NCBI RefSeq assembly: GCF_006345805.1
Contig: NC_043016.1
Location: forward strand, 24,180,001 to 24,244,000
Source of the DNA: Octopus sinensis
Taxonomy: Eukaryota
Reading direction: 5' to 3'
DNA: 64,000 bases
Shown here: one piece after another, positions 1 through 14,269 of the stretch
Position numbering within the stretch: the first letter of the stretch is position 1
How the letters are laid out: each line of letters opens with the position of its first letter
The notes under the pieces: model-generated
Database searches by the model: none
Told to the model about the DNA's origin: nothing
The model's input: the letters and a program-made list of their open reading frames with translations, nothing else
Made by a program: the position numbers and the translations under genes

Positions 1-92
1 GGAGAACGGACGTTAAACAATGATGATGATGATGATGATACATACATACATACATATTTATACACACACACACATGCATATACATATGCATG

Positions 93-141
<49 letters not shown>

Positions 142-370
142 TTGTGTTTGTGTGTGTGTGTGTGTGTGTATGTAGACAGACAGACAGGCAGACAGATGTG
201 CACACGTGCATACAATTATACAGCATGTAAATATTTTAAATATTTCAGAAAGCATTTCATTACAGAAACTACAATGTTAAGCATTTTTGTCTTCTTGGAG
301 ACAGAATTCTGCACATAACAAAACCTGATAATGCTTAACCATATATTGAGATATTGGTTGACTCTCTGTA

Positions 371-404
<34 letters not shown>

Positions 405-1254
405 GTACATGTGTGTATGTATGTGTAAACGTTTGCATGTTTGTGCGTGTAATGTGTTTGGGTGTGTATTTGAGTATATGTTACAGTATGATTATGTGAG
501 ATCATGTGTTGCATGAAGTGCAAGCTGTGTGCAAATGTCTGTTCTCATATGACATTTCTCTCCCTCCCTCCCTCCCTCCCTCTGTCTTTCCTTCTCTTAC
601 CCTCTCTCTTACTCTCACTCTATCCTCCCCCCCCCTCTCTCTCTCAGATAAACACTCAAATACAATTTTGCCTTACCCTAATACCTTTCATTTCTGTGTC
701 CCTTCCCTTTCATCCCTATTCCTCCTTCACCCATCCATATCTTCCATTTCCCTCCCCACTCCATTTTTTTTTTTTGCTCACCTTTCACACATTTATGTGT
801 GTGTGTGTGTGTGTGATAAACTATATTTTGGCCCCCTATCGTGTGTACCCCTCTTGCGAAAATATTTCTTCCACTATAAAATGTCAATAACTTGTACATA
901 AATATGTATGTGTACATGCATATGTTTTATATTTATATATGTGTGCATATCATTGCTCTCTTTCTCTCTCTCTCTCCTTCTAAACATATATACGTGTGTG
1001 TGTGTGTGTGCATGTTTGAGCATGTTTGAATGTAAGTTTGTATGTGTGTATGTGTCTATGTATGTATGTTTGTGTATGCTTGTATATATCTGTATATGTA
1101 TATATCTGTATGTGTAAATATGTTTGTATGTTTATATCTGTATGTTTGTAAATATCTGTGTATGTATATTTATGTTTGCATGTATATATCTGTATGTATA
1201 TATATATATATATATATACATACATATATATATATATAATATATATATATATTA

Positions 1255-1307
<53 letters not shown>

Positions 1308-1337
1308 TGTATATACATATACATATATTATATACAC

Positions 1338-1373
<36 letters not shown>

Positions 1374-1477
1374 TTTGTATGCATATATCTGTATCAATGT
1401 ACATATGTATACTTGTATGTATACATCTGTATCAATGTATATGTTTGTATATAAGTATACATATATTTGTATACATG

Positions 1478-1541
<64 letters not shown>

Positions 1542-1629
1542 GCACACACATATATATATACATATATATATATATATACATACATATATATATATATATG
1601 CACACACACATATATATACATATATATAC

Positions 1630-1667
<38 letters not shown>

Positions 1668-1750
1668 ATACATATATAATATATATACATATATACATAC
1701 ACACATATATATCTTGTGTGTATATGTGCAATATATAATATTTTCACTTA
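1..1750. repeat. Dense (AT)n/(AC)n/(GT)n microsatellite cluster, preceded by the end of an RTE-type 3' tail with (GAT)n (1-38)
   Basis: Long TA/CA dinucleotide runs; all ORFs here are YI/CV/HT low-complexity artefacts. Confidence 0.95.
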
Positions 1751-3692
1751 ATAATTTTACTCAATGACTTTTTTTCCTTCCATGAGTGTCAACCTAATAT
1801 CAACTGTGAACATTCCTTGCATTTTTTTTTTTGCTTTTTGTAATTTAATTTGCTATATTTAATGTGTGTGTGTGTGCGCACACATTTTTATGTATGTATT
1901 ATATATAACAACAGCAAAATTACTGTTGCATCACTGTCAATGAAATTATATACAACTTTACACTTATAATGAGTCCCTTCCTTCAGTTTGTTTAGATTTT
2001 ATACATATAAAAATATTCTTTAACGAAATATGTGTGTGTGTGTGTGTGTGTGTGTGTATAAATATATGCATAAAAATATATGCACATATATTAGTCAAAT
2101 ACTTACACACACGTCTGTGTGTAATGAAAGGATTCTTGTAACAATAAATTTTATTTTTAGTTTATTGTATTGCATGCCCTTTCAGTTAATGTTTAATTAT
2201 GAATGGCTGTGCATAAAAATCATACATTGATATATATGTGCGTATGTGTAAATGTTTGCATATCTATATGTATGTCTGTGTATATATCTATGTATGCATT
2301 ATTGCCCATCCAAATAGATTTAGATCTGTATCAAGAACATTATTTCCAAAATGTATTGCTATTTGACAGAACAGAAGAGTTAGGTCCATTCCATGCTGCT
2401 GTAGTTCTCTATTTAGGGTCCATGTCACGAAACTGGATGAATACCACAAGATCTCCTGTATTTTTTTTTTAATCTTACCATTACCTTCTCTCTTTATTTC
2501 GGTGAAATAAAAAAATCTCATATAGTTACGATAATGTAACAGGGAATTACGCTACCTCAGGTAGTCTTTGAGATTATATACCCCATCCCAAATAATACAA
2601 AATAATGTGTATATAGGAATGTTGACCTACCCCACCCCATCATCACTGAATTCCTCCAGGGGTAGAATTCCCGTTTGTCTTTTTCTTTTAGGTACACTAA
2701 TGTATAGGCAGTGAGATTGTTATTTCTTTCAGTCATGGCTATGTGGTTAAGAAGTTCATTTCCCAACTTGGTTTAGGGTTCAGTCCCACTGTGTAGCACC
2801 TCAGGGAAGCCTCTTCACCTAAAGCCCTGTGCCTACCTTATGAGTGGATTTGGTTGATGATAACTAAAAAGGATCCCATTTTTTATATACATGTATATAT
2901 ACACACACACGCACATGTGTTTGTTTGTACATTTGTCTTGGTAATCATATGATTGTTATGAACAAACATCACCATCATATAAACACCATTTTTATTTCTT
3001 TTCTTCTCTGAAAACATGTCTGATCATGAGAAAATACTGCCTTACTTTGCTTTGAAATAGGTGAGGGTTGGCAACAGTAAGGGCATCCGGCCTTAGAAAA
3101 TCCATCTCAATGAATCCCACTGATGCAAGCATGGAAAAGAGGACATTAAAATTATGATGATGAATATATCTATAGACCATTAACCAACACTGTATAAACA
3201 TATGTAAACTCCTTGTCTTTGTATATTTCTTTATGGGCAGAAAAAGGGGGATCAGCTACATTAGTTACAAGTTTGTTTTAGGATTTCATCAGCAGTTATG
3301 TACCTTATCTGTCCACTTAGACATTACTTTTAAATCCATTCTTATTAAAGGCAAATAGTTTGATTAATAAATTATGAGTGTAGTCAAAGATATTGTTATA
3401 AAGACAAATTATTCACATTTGTCTATTACATCCTATGTTGGCTTCACAACCATGTGGTTATGGATTTAGTTCCACTGCACAGCACTTTGGAAACTGTGAG
3501 AAACCCATCATATATGTATATGTGTGTATGTGTAGGCATGTGGTCTAGTGGTTAGGCTGTTGCACTCATAATCGCTAGAGTGTGGTGCATTGAGTTCTTG
3601 AGCAAAACACTTCATTTTTCGTTGCTCAGTTCCCCTTTTGATCAGGGGAAATGTTGGCCAACTCACCTAGCCAGCAGGGTAGCATTATTTAA

Positions 3693-4013
3693 CCCTTTAG
3701 TGTTTAAACCGGCCATATCTGGCCCAGATATTCTACATGTTATATATATATATATATGCAGCATATAACTAATCAGAGCCCCTAAATCAGATCAGGTTAG
3801 ACAGCGTTTTGACCTACTGTTCATTATAAAAACCCAGCTACTCCTCATCTCGAACCAGCAATATCTAGCCTCTCACACCTACCCGACAATGTCATTCTAA
3901 ATAGAAACAATCACATCATTGAAACCTAAAGCTATAAGATAATGCATGATTAATTCAAAACAATTTGAGTGAAAAACTATTACATTTAACAGAGTAATCT
4001 GAACACTAAAGGG
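3693..4013. mobile_element. piggyBac-like MITE
   Basis: TTAA at 3689-3692 and 4014-4017; termini CCCTTTAGTGTT / AACACTAAAGGG; related copies near 4365, 12045, 14362 and 23255. Confidence 0.8.
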
Positions 4014-4879
4014 TTAAAGACTAAAGCAATGCAAAATGCATCGTGACCAGTGATGTGTAACAACATTTGATAGCCTGGACAGTCACATAATCACATGATA
4101 AATAAATATATATATATATGTTTGTGTTTGATCCTACACTGCTTGACAACTAGTGTTAGTTTGTTTACATTTCCAAAACTTAGCATTTTGGCCAAAAAAA
4201 AAAAAAAGACTGAGAGAATAAGTTCCAGATTTAAAATAAGTACTATGGTTGAATTGGTCATCAAAAACTACGAAGTGGTGCTCCAGCAAGGCCGCAGTCC
4301 AATGAAAGCCAAGTCCAAGAGAATATATCTGAATTGAAACAAAACAATGCACCAGTAATTTATTAACTCTTTAGCATTAAATTGGCCTTATCTAGTCCAA
4401 GTATTTTACCTGTCTAATGTTCAAACTGACTAGATCTAGCCTCTCACACCTACCCCACAATATCATTCTAAAATATATATAATCACATCATCAAAATCAC
4501 CTTATCTTGACATTACATGATAAATGAAAATGAAAATTTGCTTCCTTGTTTCCAGTATTCTGTGAAAAATGTCCAGCCACAGGGAAATACTACCTTACTT
4601 AGAAACAGATGAATGTTTGCAACAGAAAGAGCTTCCAGTTGTAGAAAGTCTGCCTTAGAAAATTTTGTCTGAGCCATGCAAGCATCATAAAGTGGATATC
4701 AAACTAACTCTGTATAACTGTGTTCCAAACTCTTTTTATTATAATTTTTAAAAAATTATTTTTACCACACTTACTAGATCCAGAATATTGAATAATTTCC
4801 ATAATTCTTTTGGTGTTGGGCATCATATAATACTATTTAAAAGTTGCAATAACATTTAGTCCAATTTTTCGCAAAAGAG

Positions 4880-5426
4880 ATGTTATACTTGATGACATAA
4901 ACATTAACCTAATATTTGGATGATAATGTTGCAGAGACTAAGGATGACAAAGTACATTATCTATGATAACGAAACAATATTTTTCTCATCACAATCTTTT
5001 TTGACTTGAAAGTGATGTGAAAAACAAACCAATCTTCAAACAGTAGCACAGCAGCTGAAACTTTTTATTTTTCACGAGTGCAAGTGTAGATGTTTCAAGG
5101 CCATTAATAACTCTTGTATCTTCAGCATGATGCACAAGTATAGGTTTTGATTTAGTCTCCAGCTGCATTAGCTCCAAGCATTGATGTTAACCGATCTTTA
5201 GTTACTTTAAGAATTGACATCAGTGTGTGTTTCTTTTACTTCCTGCAGTGTGGCTTCTTGCTGGCATGCACTTCCAAAATAGGTTCATTTCATCTACATT
5301 AAAATTTGTGAGGATGTGTAACCATATTCCTCTGTTATTTCTTCTATGTTCTAGAATAAATTTGTTGCTGTTTCGATATCATCATTCTTTCTGCACCTCT
5401 GCACAATTGCCAGTTAGATGGTGTTT

Positions 5427-5430
<4 letters not shown>
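4880..5430 (-). mobile_element. Decayed pogo/Tigger transposase (DDE_1 region)
   Basis: Minus-strand frames give FNVDEMNLFWKCMPARSH, KDRLTSMLGANAAGD, KPILVHHAE and IDNVLCHP, with frameshifts and stops. Confidence 0.8.
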
Positions 5431-5483
<53 letters not shown>

Positions 5484-5835
5484 AAAAAATGTCAAAGGTA
5501 GAAAATGATAAAAAAAATTTTCTAAAAAACCATTTTAGTACCTTGAACCAACAAGAATAAACAAGAGAGACAGAGACAGGCAGAAACAAGGAAAATGCCC
5601 CTTGTATTTGAATACTATACAAATATTCTTTTAAAAAAACTTTTCATTCAATTTTCCCAAATTGAATTTTTCAAAATTCAATTCTTTTCCATACTTAGAG
5701 TTGAAAAGTCTCAATGACTGAAACTGGTACTAAAATTTTTTTATAAAATTATTTTAGCATTTTCTACCTTGACTTTTTTTTCCATATATATATATATGTA
5801 TCAACTCATGTGTTCCTTTTCAACCTTCTACATAT

Positions 5836-5882
<47 letters not shown>

Positions 5883-6641
5883 CAACAGAAGAAAGGAATT
5901 TCGATTATCCCCACATGGTGAATTGTAGTTTCTTATATATATATATATATTGTCTTCATATATGAAGTGTATAGTATTTATACACAAAAGAGGCAACTCT
6001 TTACATTTTTTTTGAAGCAAAGAAAAATTTATAAGGCATTGTCCTTGCTGAGTTCGATAAATATGAAGGGCATTTATATTGATGACCTCATCAAGGGAAC
6101 ATTTAAATACAACTCTTTCTTCAGGTTGTGGTTTAAAGCTTTCATTGAGGCAAGCTAGAACTACATGTTCAATAGTGCAAGAAAAAAACGTTAAGAATGT
6201 TGGTGATAACTCAAAGTTAGGAACACCCAATTCTGAAGTAGATGTCAAGGATTTACCCGAACCCGATGCAATAACCAAATCTCAATTAGTGAATAGATGG
6301 TCGTGGAAGTGTGGTAAAACTATCTAATAACGACTCTGTTCAGAAGGCTGGAATAATGCATATAATATGCCAGTGAGGGAAAGAGAGGGGTTTTATTGAT
6401 AGCTTAACATGTATCTTGTGTCTGTGTGTGCATCGTGTATACAGAATAATAGACAGACCATCATGAGAACAAAGTGTATGTGTGTATAGGCATGGATGTA
6501 TGTGTGCGTTAAGTACATATAAGAACAACAATGAGGATAACAGAAGAATCTATAATGAGAAGTTAGACAAATGTTTATAGACACCAGATTGAAAAATACC
6601 AGTTTGTGGTCAATTGTACATGGTGATAGAAATACTGTATC

Positions 6642-6877
6642 AAGGCGGCAAGTTGGCAGAAACATTAGCACACCGGGCAAAATGCTTACAGGTATTTTAT
6701 CTGTCTTTACAATCTGAGTTCAAATTCCGCCGAGGTCAACTTTGCCTTTCATCCTTTCGGGGTCAATAAATTAGGTATCAGTTACACACTGAGGTTGATG
6801 TAATCAACTTAATCCCTTTGCCTGTCCTTGTTTGTCCCCTCTATGTTTAGCCCCTTGTGGGCAATAAAGAAATAAGA
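6642..6877 (+). mobile_element. tRNA-derived SINE (AAGGCGGC.AGCTGGCAG head family), full length
   Basis: B-box-like GAGTTCAAATTCC; 17-bp direct repeat AGAAATACTGTATCAAG at 6628-6644 and 6875-6891; paralogs elsewhere in window. Confidence 0.85.
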
Positions 6878-7175
6878 AATACTGTATCAAGAAGTTGCGA
6901 TGATGATGCAGAGTCTGTGCTGTACATGTCTAGGACACTTGTACAGGAGTTCTCGCAGGTTGTCTATTCACTGTTAACCATGGTGAAGTATAATTCATGA
7001 ACAGTGCTGTGTTGAAACCTGTGCTAGTTGCTGTGTATGTAGAGAGATGATATTGATGACATTAAGAAGATGATGGTGGCAATGAAGAAAGAGATTGCTG
7101 TAATGCTGTTGGACAGGTGTTGTCATCTGGCTCGCAGGTTGTATCTTTGCTGTTAAATCATGGCGAAGTAATTCA

Positions 7176-7610
7176 GGATCTTTTCGGTTTGAACAGCAGT
7201 TTTTAACATAATTTCTAGGTAACTAAAAAATTTTAAACTTCGTATACTGGTAGAATGTGTTTATAAAACATCTTTTTCTTTTGGATTTATTGAGAAAATT
7301 CTATAGTTTGTAAGATATTTGTTGTTTTTTTTCTTTAATTTCTGCAATTTCAACCAATCAATGACGTCCATTGAGGAAAAAAAAACATTCTGTGCTGTAT
7401 GAATATGTCCCTCGTTTAAGAAACAGATTGGGTTTCTTTACATTTGTGAAGAAAAAAAGATACCCTTCCCCCCACCCCTAACCCTAACCCTAACTAACCC
7501 TAACCCTAAAACAGATTGAAATGCAATAGATTGATACTAGGGTCATAATTATGGGTGACAATTTCATATGACACCGCTAGAAAAAACTGCCGTTCAAACC
7601 GAAAAGGTCC
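7176..7610. mobile_element. MITE with ~28-bp TIRs and internal (CCCTAA)n
   Basis: GGATCTTTTCGGTTTGAACAGCAGTTTTT / AAAAAACTGCCGTTCAAACCGAAAAGGTCC; flanks GTAATTCA / ATAATTCA. Confidence 0.8.
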
Positions 7611-8399
7611 ATAATTCATGAACAGTGCTGTGTTGAAACCTGGGCATTTTGCTGTTGAACAGGTGCTGTCTGGCATTGTCGTTTGAACTGGTTGTGTCTT
7701 GTGTGGTCAGTAGCTAGACCTTAAAACGTCTGGAACCAAAAACTTCGAGATGAGGAGTAGCTGGGTTTTTATAATGAACAGTAGGTTCAATGTGGTTGAG
7801 AAAAGGCTGTCTAACATGATCTGATTTAGGGGTTCTGATTGGTTATATGCTGCATATTGGTGAAACAGAGTTTAGAGACAAATTGTGCCAATACCAACCA
7901 ATCAGAGTAGTGAACACAATGGGGTTCAAATAGCAGGGTTCAAAGTTTAGCTGTTATCTGCTACATTTGAATGCTCATATATATGATAAAGGGGAGAGGT
8001 ATTTCACTCAAGTGTACACTACAAGTGAATAGAAAACAGGATACGAAATGTAAAAACCATACCACAAATATGGAAATGAAGCAGATAACAAGAAAGGTAC
8101 ATCAAAAGTACCAATAGATTCCAATGAAATCTTGAGACCAGTGACTAATAACAATGACTACTTGAAGTCAATTACAATGGAACAACATGAGTTTAGAACA
8201 TGATAACATGCAGCTGAAGTATTCTTTGGAGACTGTAATGAAATAAAAAACACTCTGTTGTCAGTAGCAATGAAAAATAAATTGAAACTGTCTGTTCCCC
8301 AGTGGCTAATGTCTTGGATACAACTGATTATTTGACACTGAAATTAATTCAAACTTTGAAAGTGTTTTACAAGGAAATCGTAGAAATCTAAAAGACATT

Positions 8400-8740
8400 A
8401 ATGCAATGTTTTAAAATGTAATTAATAAAGGATCAGCTAATGACAACTTTTAATGAAACCTCATTTACTAATCATTTTTTTTTCACAATGGACAAAAAAG
8501 TCTTGAATGTAGGTTTATTTCTTCATAATATTATGTACGTGTACCACTGGTACACATAATATTATGAAATAAAAACTTACACTCAAGATTATCATTTTTC
8601 TGCCAGTCATTGACTTCAATGGTTCTTCAAGCTTTTTGTTCATTTATGATTTCAAATTTCATTTCTATAGTTATTGCTTTCTGTTATTTCATAGAAATAA
8701 AAATCAAACAATGCTGCTCCACTGTCTTTTTATTTTGGCA
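8400..8740 (-). mobile_element. Possible Tigger N-terminal remnant
   Basis: KAITIEMKFEIINEQK resembles the CENP-B/psq helix-turn-helix start of Tigger transposases. Confidence 0.35.
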
Positions 8741-10637
8741 TGTTGGAAGAGCGCTAGATTAATATTCAATTAACTTTTATCTTTTATTTGTTTCCTGCTG
8801 GGATACTGCTTTGAAGAATTTTAGTTGAATGATGTGACCTCGGTACTTCACTTTTCTCTAAGTCTGGTATTTATTTTTTTTTGGTCTCTTTTGCCGAACC
8901 TCTAAGTTATGGGGACATAAACATAGCAACACCAGTTGTCAAGTGGTGGTGAATACACACACACACACACACACACATGCAGCAGGCTTCTTTCAGTTTC
9001 CACACTGCAAATCCATTCACAAGGCTTTGACCAGCCTGAGGCTATAGTAGAAGACATTTGCCCAAAGTGCCACACAATGGGATTGAACCTGAAACCATGT
9101 GGTTGCAAAACAAGCTTCTTTTCATACAATTATGCCTGCACCTTTTTTTTTTTACTTGTTTCAGTCCTTTGTCTTTGACCATGCACACATGCATATGACG
9201 GGCTCCTTTTTAGTTTTTGTTTACCAAACCCACACACAAGGCTTTGGTCAGTTGAAGGTTGTAATAGAAGACATTTGTCCAAGATGCCATGCAGTGGGAT
9301 TGAATCTGGAACCATGTGGTTGGGAAGGTAGTTTCTTATCACACAACCACACCTCCACTTATGTGTATGTGTGAGATGGGCTTTGACACAGTTTTCATTA
9401 GCCAAGGCATTAGTCAGTCCAGAGTCATATTAAGACACTGAACCCAAAACTGCATGGTTGCTAAGCAAGTATATATATATATAAGAGCATGACACCTGCT
9501 TCTCTCTCTATTATAGTCTCTTGTCTATACCCCCTCACAGTGCTGGTGCCAATGTAAAACAGCAGCCAGTACACTTTGTTAAATGGTTGGTGTTAGGGAA
9601 GGAAATTCAGCTGTAGATCCCTTGTCAAAGCATGCATAGAACCCATCGGAAGCCTCAGGCTTGTCTACTCTTGTCGATCTGTCCAGCCCATGCCAGCTTG
9701 GAAAAAAGGACATTAAATGAGGACGATGGTGATGATATATATTTAAGTGAGGTATATGAGATATTTTAGAAGTTTTATGAGATAAAAAGATATATAATGG
9801 ACTCTCCCTTCGAAGATAACATATAGCCATTCAGTAAAAGCCTAATGACAAGTGATCAAATGTTCATTAGCTCACTCCATCCATCAAATTGACGTTGTCT
9901 GAACAGGTGCACTGTGTGCCACACGTTAGATGTTGAAGTGATTGCAGAGCAACATGAGGGGAAGTGTTTAGCTCAAGAACACAATGCACCACTCGGTCTA
10001 GGAATTGAAATCACGATCGCTAGATCATTAGTGCAACACCCTAACCACTAAGCTATGCACCAGTCTCAGGCAAAAGCTTTAACAATGCTTGAACAATGCT
10101 AAGATATAAAAAGGAAAACATATTTTCCTTTTTATATCTTAAACTTTCAACTTTAAAAATAAAAAGTACTTTCCAAATGACTATTTTAAAAAACAATTTG
10201 TTTTAAAAATGTTGTTTAAACCATTTTGAAAATGAACAGTCCCAAAGGGTAAATCAAAATTTTCTGCTCTAAAAGTAGTGGTGCTTGTGGCATTCTATGA
10301 TCTTACAAGCTGTCAGTTGACCAAAAGTTCAAAAGTTATTTTCATTCATTTAAAAAAAATTTATTTATTTTTCTCATAGATGTTAAATGTTGAATAAAAA
10401 TGTTTAATAGTCACTTCAAATGACTTGCTAAGAAAAAGTCATTGATGGAAAAAATAGCTTTTGAACTTTTAGATCAAATGGAATGCTACCAACATCATGG
10501 TTTTCAGACCAGAAAATTTTTGTTTGCCTTTCTGAACCAAACACAAACAATTGTTCAGAATAATACCTTTTTGAAAAGGACTTTTCAACTTGAAAATTTA
10601 AGGTTAAAGAAAAAATTTAATTCACTATATTGTTAAG

Positions 10638-10671
<34 letters not shown>

Positions 10672-11361
10672 TTAATGTGTGTGTGTGTGTGTGTCTGTGT
10701 GTGTGTAAGTGTGTGCATGCATATATGTATATGTGAGTATGTGTAATTTTATGTTTCCTTATTTTAACATTGCATCATAGTTGTAAACGAATGTGACTGT
10801 CATACGAGCAGTGTCATTCATTTCTGATATTCAGTGAAAACATGCCTGGCTGTAGGTAATATTACCTCACTTGGAAACAGGTGAGGATTGGTTACAAGAA
10901 GGGCATCTAACAATAGAAAATCTGCTTTAATAAGCTTCATCTGACCCATGCAAGCGTGGAAAAGTGGATGTTAAAATGATGGTAGACAGACAGATAGGTA
11001 CTATAGAGTAAGGTTGACATGTATTGAAGGTAAAATAAACAACAAACTCAGTTTGAGGCCCAGTTTCTCTCTCCAGATGATGCTATTTCTCTTGCCTGAT
11101 GCCAGCAATATATATGATAGATATGGGAACATTGCAAACCAGCATTTAACTTTGTCAGCTGTTGCTATTAAAACTAAACTTCACTGAAGAGGTCTAATAA
11201 GGCTGAAACATTCCTAGTGTTGTGATTGTATTGACAAGATGACTCACTAACCACTGCATTGCTAACTTGTTTTTTTGCTTTAATTCATTCTAATTTATAA
11301 TTTCAAGGTTGCCTTCCTTCCTTCCTTGACTTAACCAGAATTAATCCATCTTACAAAACCT

Positions 11362-11462
11362 AACTTATCAAGCCCATCACACTGAACTCAACTTATCAAG
11401 CCCATCACACTGAGCCCAACTGATCAAGCCCATCACACTGAGCCTAACTGACCAAGCTCATC
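11362..11462. repeat. 28-bp minisatellite, ~3.5 copies
   Basis: Unit AACTTATCAAGCCCATCACACTGAACTC repeated with few changes. Confidence 0.9.
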
Positions 11463-11499
11463 TTAACAAGTCTGAGTTACTGAGTCCATCTTTCATAGC

Positions 11500-11860
11500 A
11501 GCAAGTTATAGAAACTTAATTCTGAAAGAAAAAATTCTTACAAAATATTTATTGTATTCTGGTTTTAAAAAAGGTACACCATATTTGGTGTATGTCATGA
11601 AAGGTGGGTTAAAAGGTTGGCAATAGGAAAAGTGTCTGGTCATAAAGTAGTGCCTCAGAGAGCTTGTCCAAATCATGCCAGAGCTTTTCCAAACCTGCCA
11701 CAAAAATTAAGAAATTTGCATAAGGCTGAAGTAGATGTCTTCTAAAAGGAACTAAACACACTACTCTCCACAATACCAGATGTCCAACGTGAAGTGCACA
11801 CAAGGGCAGCAGAATTAAACTCCCTTATACAGGAAATGGGCCAATAGCTGGTGCAAAGGC
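11500..11860 (+). mobile_element. CR1/L2-clade LINE ORF2 C-terminal remnant
   Basis: PNLPQKLRNLHKAEVDVF*KELNTLLSTIPD resembles the conserved end of CR1-type ORF2. Confidence 0.5.
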
Positions 11861-12855
11861 ACATACAGAAGTCATAATGTGAAACACCCCAGACTGAGAA
11901 AACAGAAAGACCATGATGGTGCTCCAGTATGACCACAGCCACATGGCTGAAACAAGTAAAATAATAAAAGAATAAAATGACAATGATGATGAAGATGGCT
12001 GTGATGGTGAAGGTGACATGTCTATTGATCACGGCATTTAAACCAGCCATATCTGACCAAAATATTCTACCTGTTTCATCTTCAGATCAGCCAGATTTGC
12101 CTCACACACCTACCCTACAATATCATTTTAAAAGTAAACACATCATTGAAATCACAAAGCTATGAGACTGCATGATCAATTCAAAACAGTATGAATAAAT
12201 AAACATTACATTTGACAAAGTAATGTAAATGCTAATTGATAATAACCTTCCTTTACAAGCATGTAGAGTATCTGCATCCACATGCTGTACTGATCTAGGC
12301 CTTCACCAGCTTAAAAAATACAGTGAGTCATTAAAACTCTGAGATTTAGAACTAAAATATATCCATTTACAAATGAAAAATGAAACAAAATTCTGGGTTC
12401 AATTTTATAATACTTTATTCTATGTCACATTTGAGATTCAATGACATATTTTTCATACTTTTTTCAAGTAAAAGTATGTTGTGGAATTCACACCCCATTA
12501 ATTACCTTTTGAGGGCTTTTCTGGGACATACCAATGCTTGTTCAGATAGACTGACATAGATACAAAAAAGAAGAAAAAATACACATGCTTCTTTATCTAG
12601 AATAATTTTAAATAAACAGTCGTAAATCAATTCGCATCTTTTCTGATCACGTACTTCTATACTGCCACCAAAATTTTCCTAAGAGGTGTGATAGCTTTTC
12701 TGAGTATTTTGCAGAACTCATAATGGGTCTGGTAGAAGGGGAGTGCACACGTGAGAGCGCATATGCATGCATGCACGCATGCACACATGCTCATATGTGT
12801 GTGTGCCTAGTAGCAATATTCATTGCAAAAATGCTAATAGCCTGACCTGTTATAT

Positions 12856-13754
12856 TGAGGTGGTATCAAAAGTTCTCATTCTTGTTCTGTAGCATGCCAA
12901 CAGATGGCAGCACACAGTTGTGTGTACAATGAGAGGTAGCAGTGACCTTCATGAGGTAGAATGCCGAGTGACATTGTTGTGTTTACATCACAAATTGTGA
13001 AATTTGTGTTTTTATGATCACATGTATGCTGTAGTCAGCGATTTTGTCACGGATGAGAACAAAGAGCGAACATGACATTTTGTGCTAAACTTGGGAAGTC
13101 TGCTACAGAGACATTGAGCATGCTTTGGCAAGATTACAGCGACAAGGTAATGGGTCGAACACAATGTTTCAAGTAACACAGGTGCTTCAAAAGTGGAAGG
13201 ATGTCCCTGGAAGACAATGAACGATCTGGAAGATCTGTCACAAACATCACCCTTATAAATATGTATTGAGCATTGAGACTTCATCCCCTTGGACCAGACT
13301 GTCAATCGAGAGTTCCACTGCAACATTTTGAAGCATTTGAGGGAAGACATTCAATGAAAGCGACCAGATGTTTGGAGCATGAAGAATCGGATTCTTCACA
13401 ATGACAATGCATCCCTGTCACCAAGCTCTCTCCACTTGTGAGTTTCTCACCAAAAACAACATGGTATTGCTTCCACACCCGCCCTATTCACCAGATTTAG
13501 CAACTGAGGACTTCTATCTCTTCCCCAAGATGAAAATGCAGCTCAAAGGTTGCCATTTTAACACTGTTGTTGAGATCCAGAGGAACTCACAGAAAACGAC
13601 TTCCAGGCCAAATTCCAAAAGTGGCAGAAATGCTGGGACCAGTGTATTGCTGTGCAAGGTGACTATTTCAAAGGAGATGATGTTAAAACTTAGGTAAATA
13701 AGTTATATTTTATCAAACATAACCAGTCCTGGAACTTTTTTTGATACCACCTCG
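12856..13754 (+). mobile_element. Mariner element, internally deleted, pseudogenised transposase
   Basis: TIRs GAGGTGGTATCAAAAGTTC / GGAACTTTTTTTGATACCACCTCG; HPPYSPDLATEDFYLFPKMK motif. Confidence 0.9.
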
Positions 13755-13879
13755 CAACCACCCTTAACTTGCTTGATTCTGTTAAAATGCACATATATTA
13801 CACAACCACACATACATGTGTGTGTGAATGTGTGTGTGTGTGTGTGTGCATTTAATTTTGATTGAATTAACCACATGCT

Positions 13880-14110
13880 ACTCTGAGTTTCAACTGTAGG
13901 CACACAGGGTCTTCAGCTGGAAATGCCCAATGATGCATGGGGATGATACTGTAGTCAGGGCAGAGATGATGAGTAAGAGAGAGAGAGAGAAAAATGATGA
14001 GTGGCTGGGTAGATTGCCAGAGTTTGGGTGGGGAGAGGCAAATATAGTGCATGAGGAGAATGAGAGAGATGTGGTAGTGGGATATGGTGGTGGTGAAATG
14101 GTTCCAGGCA
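13880..14110 (-). mobile_element. Penelope-like element remnant
   Basis: Similar to the 15690-16430 and 38720-39050 purine-rich segments. Confidence 0.4.
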
Positions 14111-14269
14111 GCAAGATGAGTTGTATCAACAAAAAAACTGCAGTTAGAGATATGATGGGTGGTGGAGGTGTCTTAAGGAAAAAATTAGGTGCATATTGTG
14201 CTTCAGAATTTATTTTAACCAATGTGGGCAAGTTTCTCCAGAACTGCATTAGAACAGTCACGCCAGCAT

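Noticed and set aside
58-1767. Many 60-200 aa ORFs
   Set aside because: Dinucleotide microsatellite translations
2300-2460. Gypsy integrase GPY/F-like fragment (GDLVVFI...WNGP) on the minus strand
   Set aside because: Stops and very weak similarity; cannot be supported by eye
6125-6312. Plus-strand exon candidate, or minus ORF with a GSGKS P-loop-like motif
   Set aside because: Weak donor, no recognisable family, no supporting partner exons
12506-12550. 45-nt minus-strand micro-exon with strong acceptor (YLNKHWYVPEKPSK)
   Set aside because: Too short to support without RNA data
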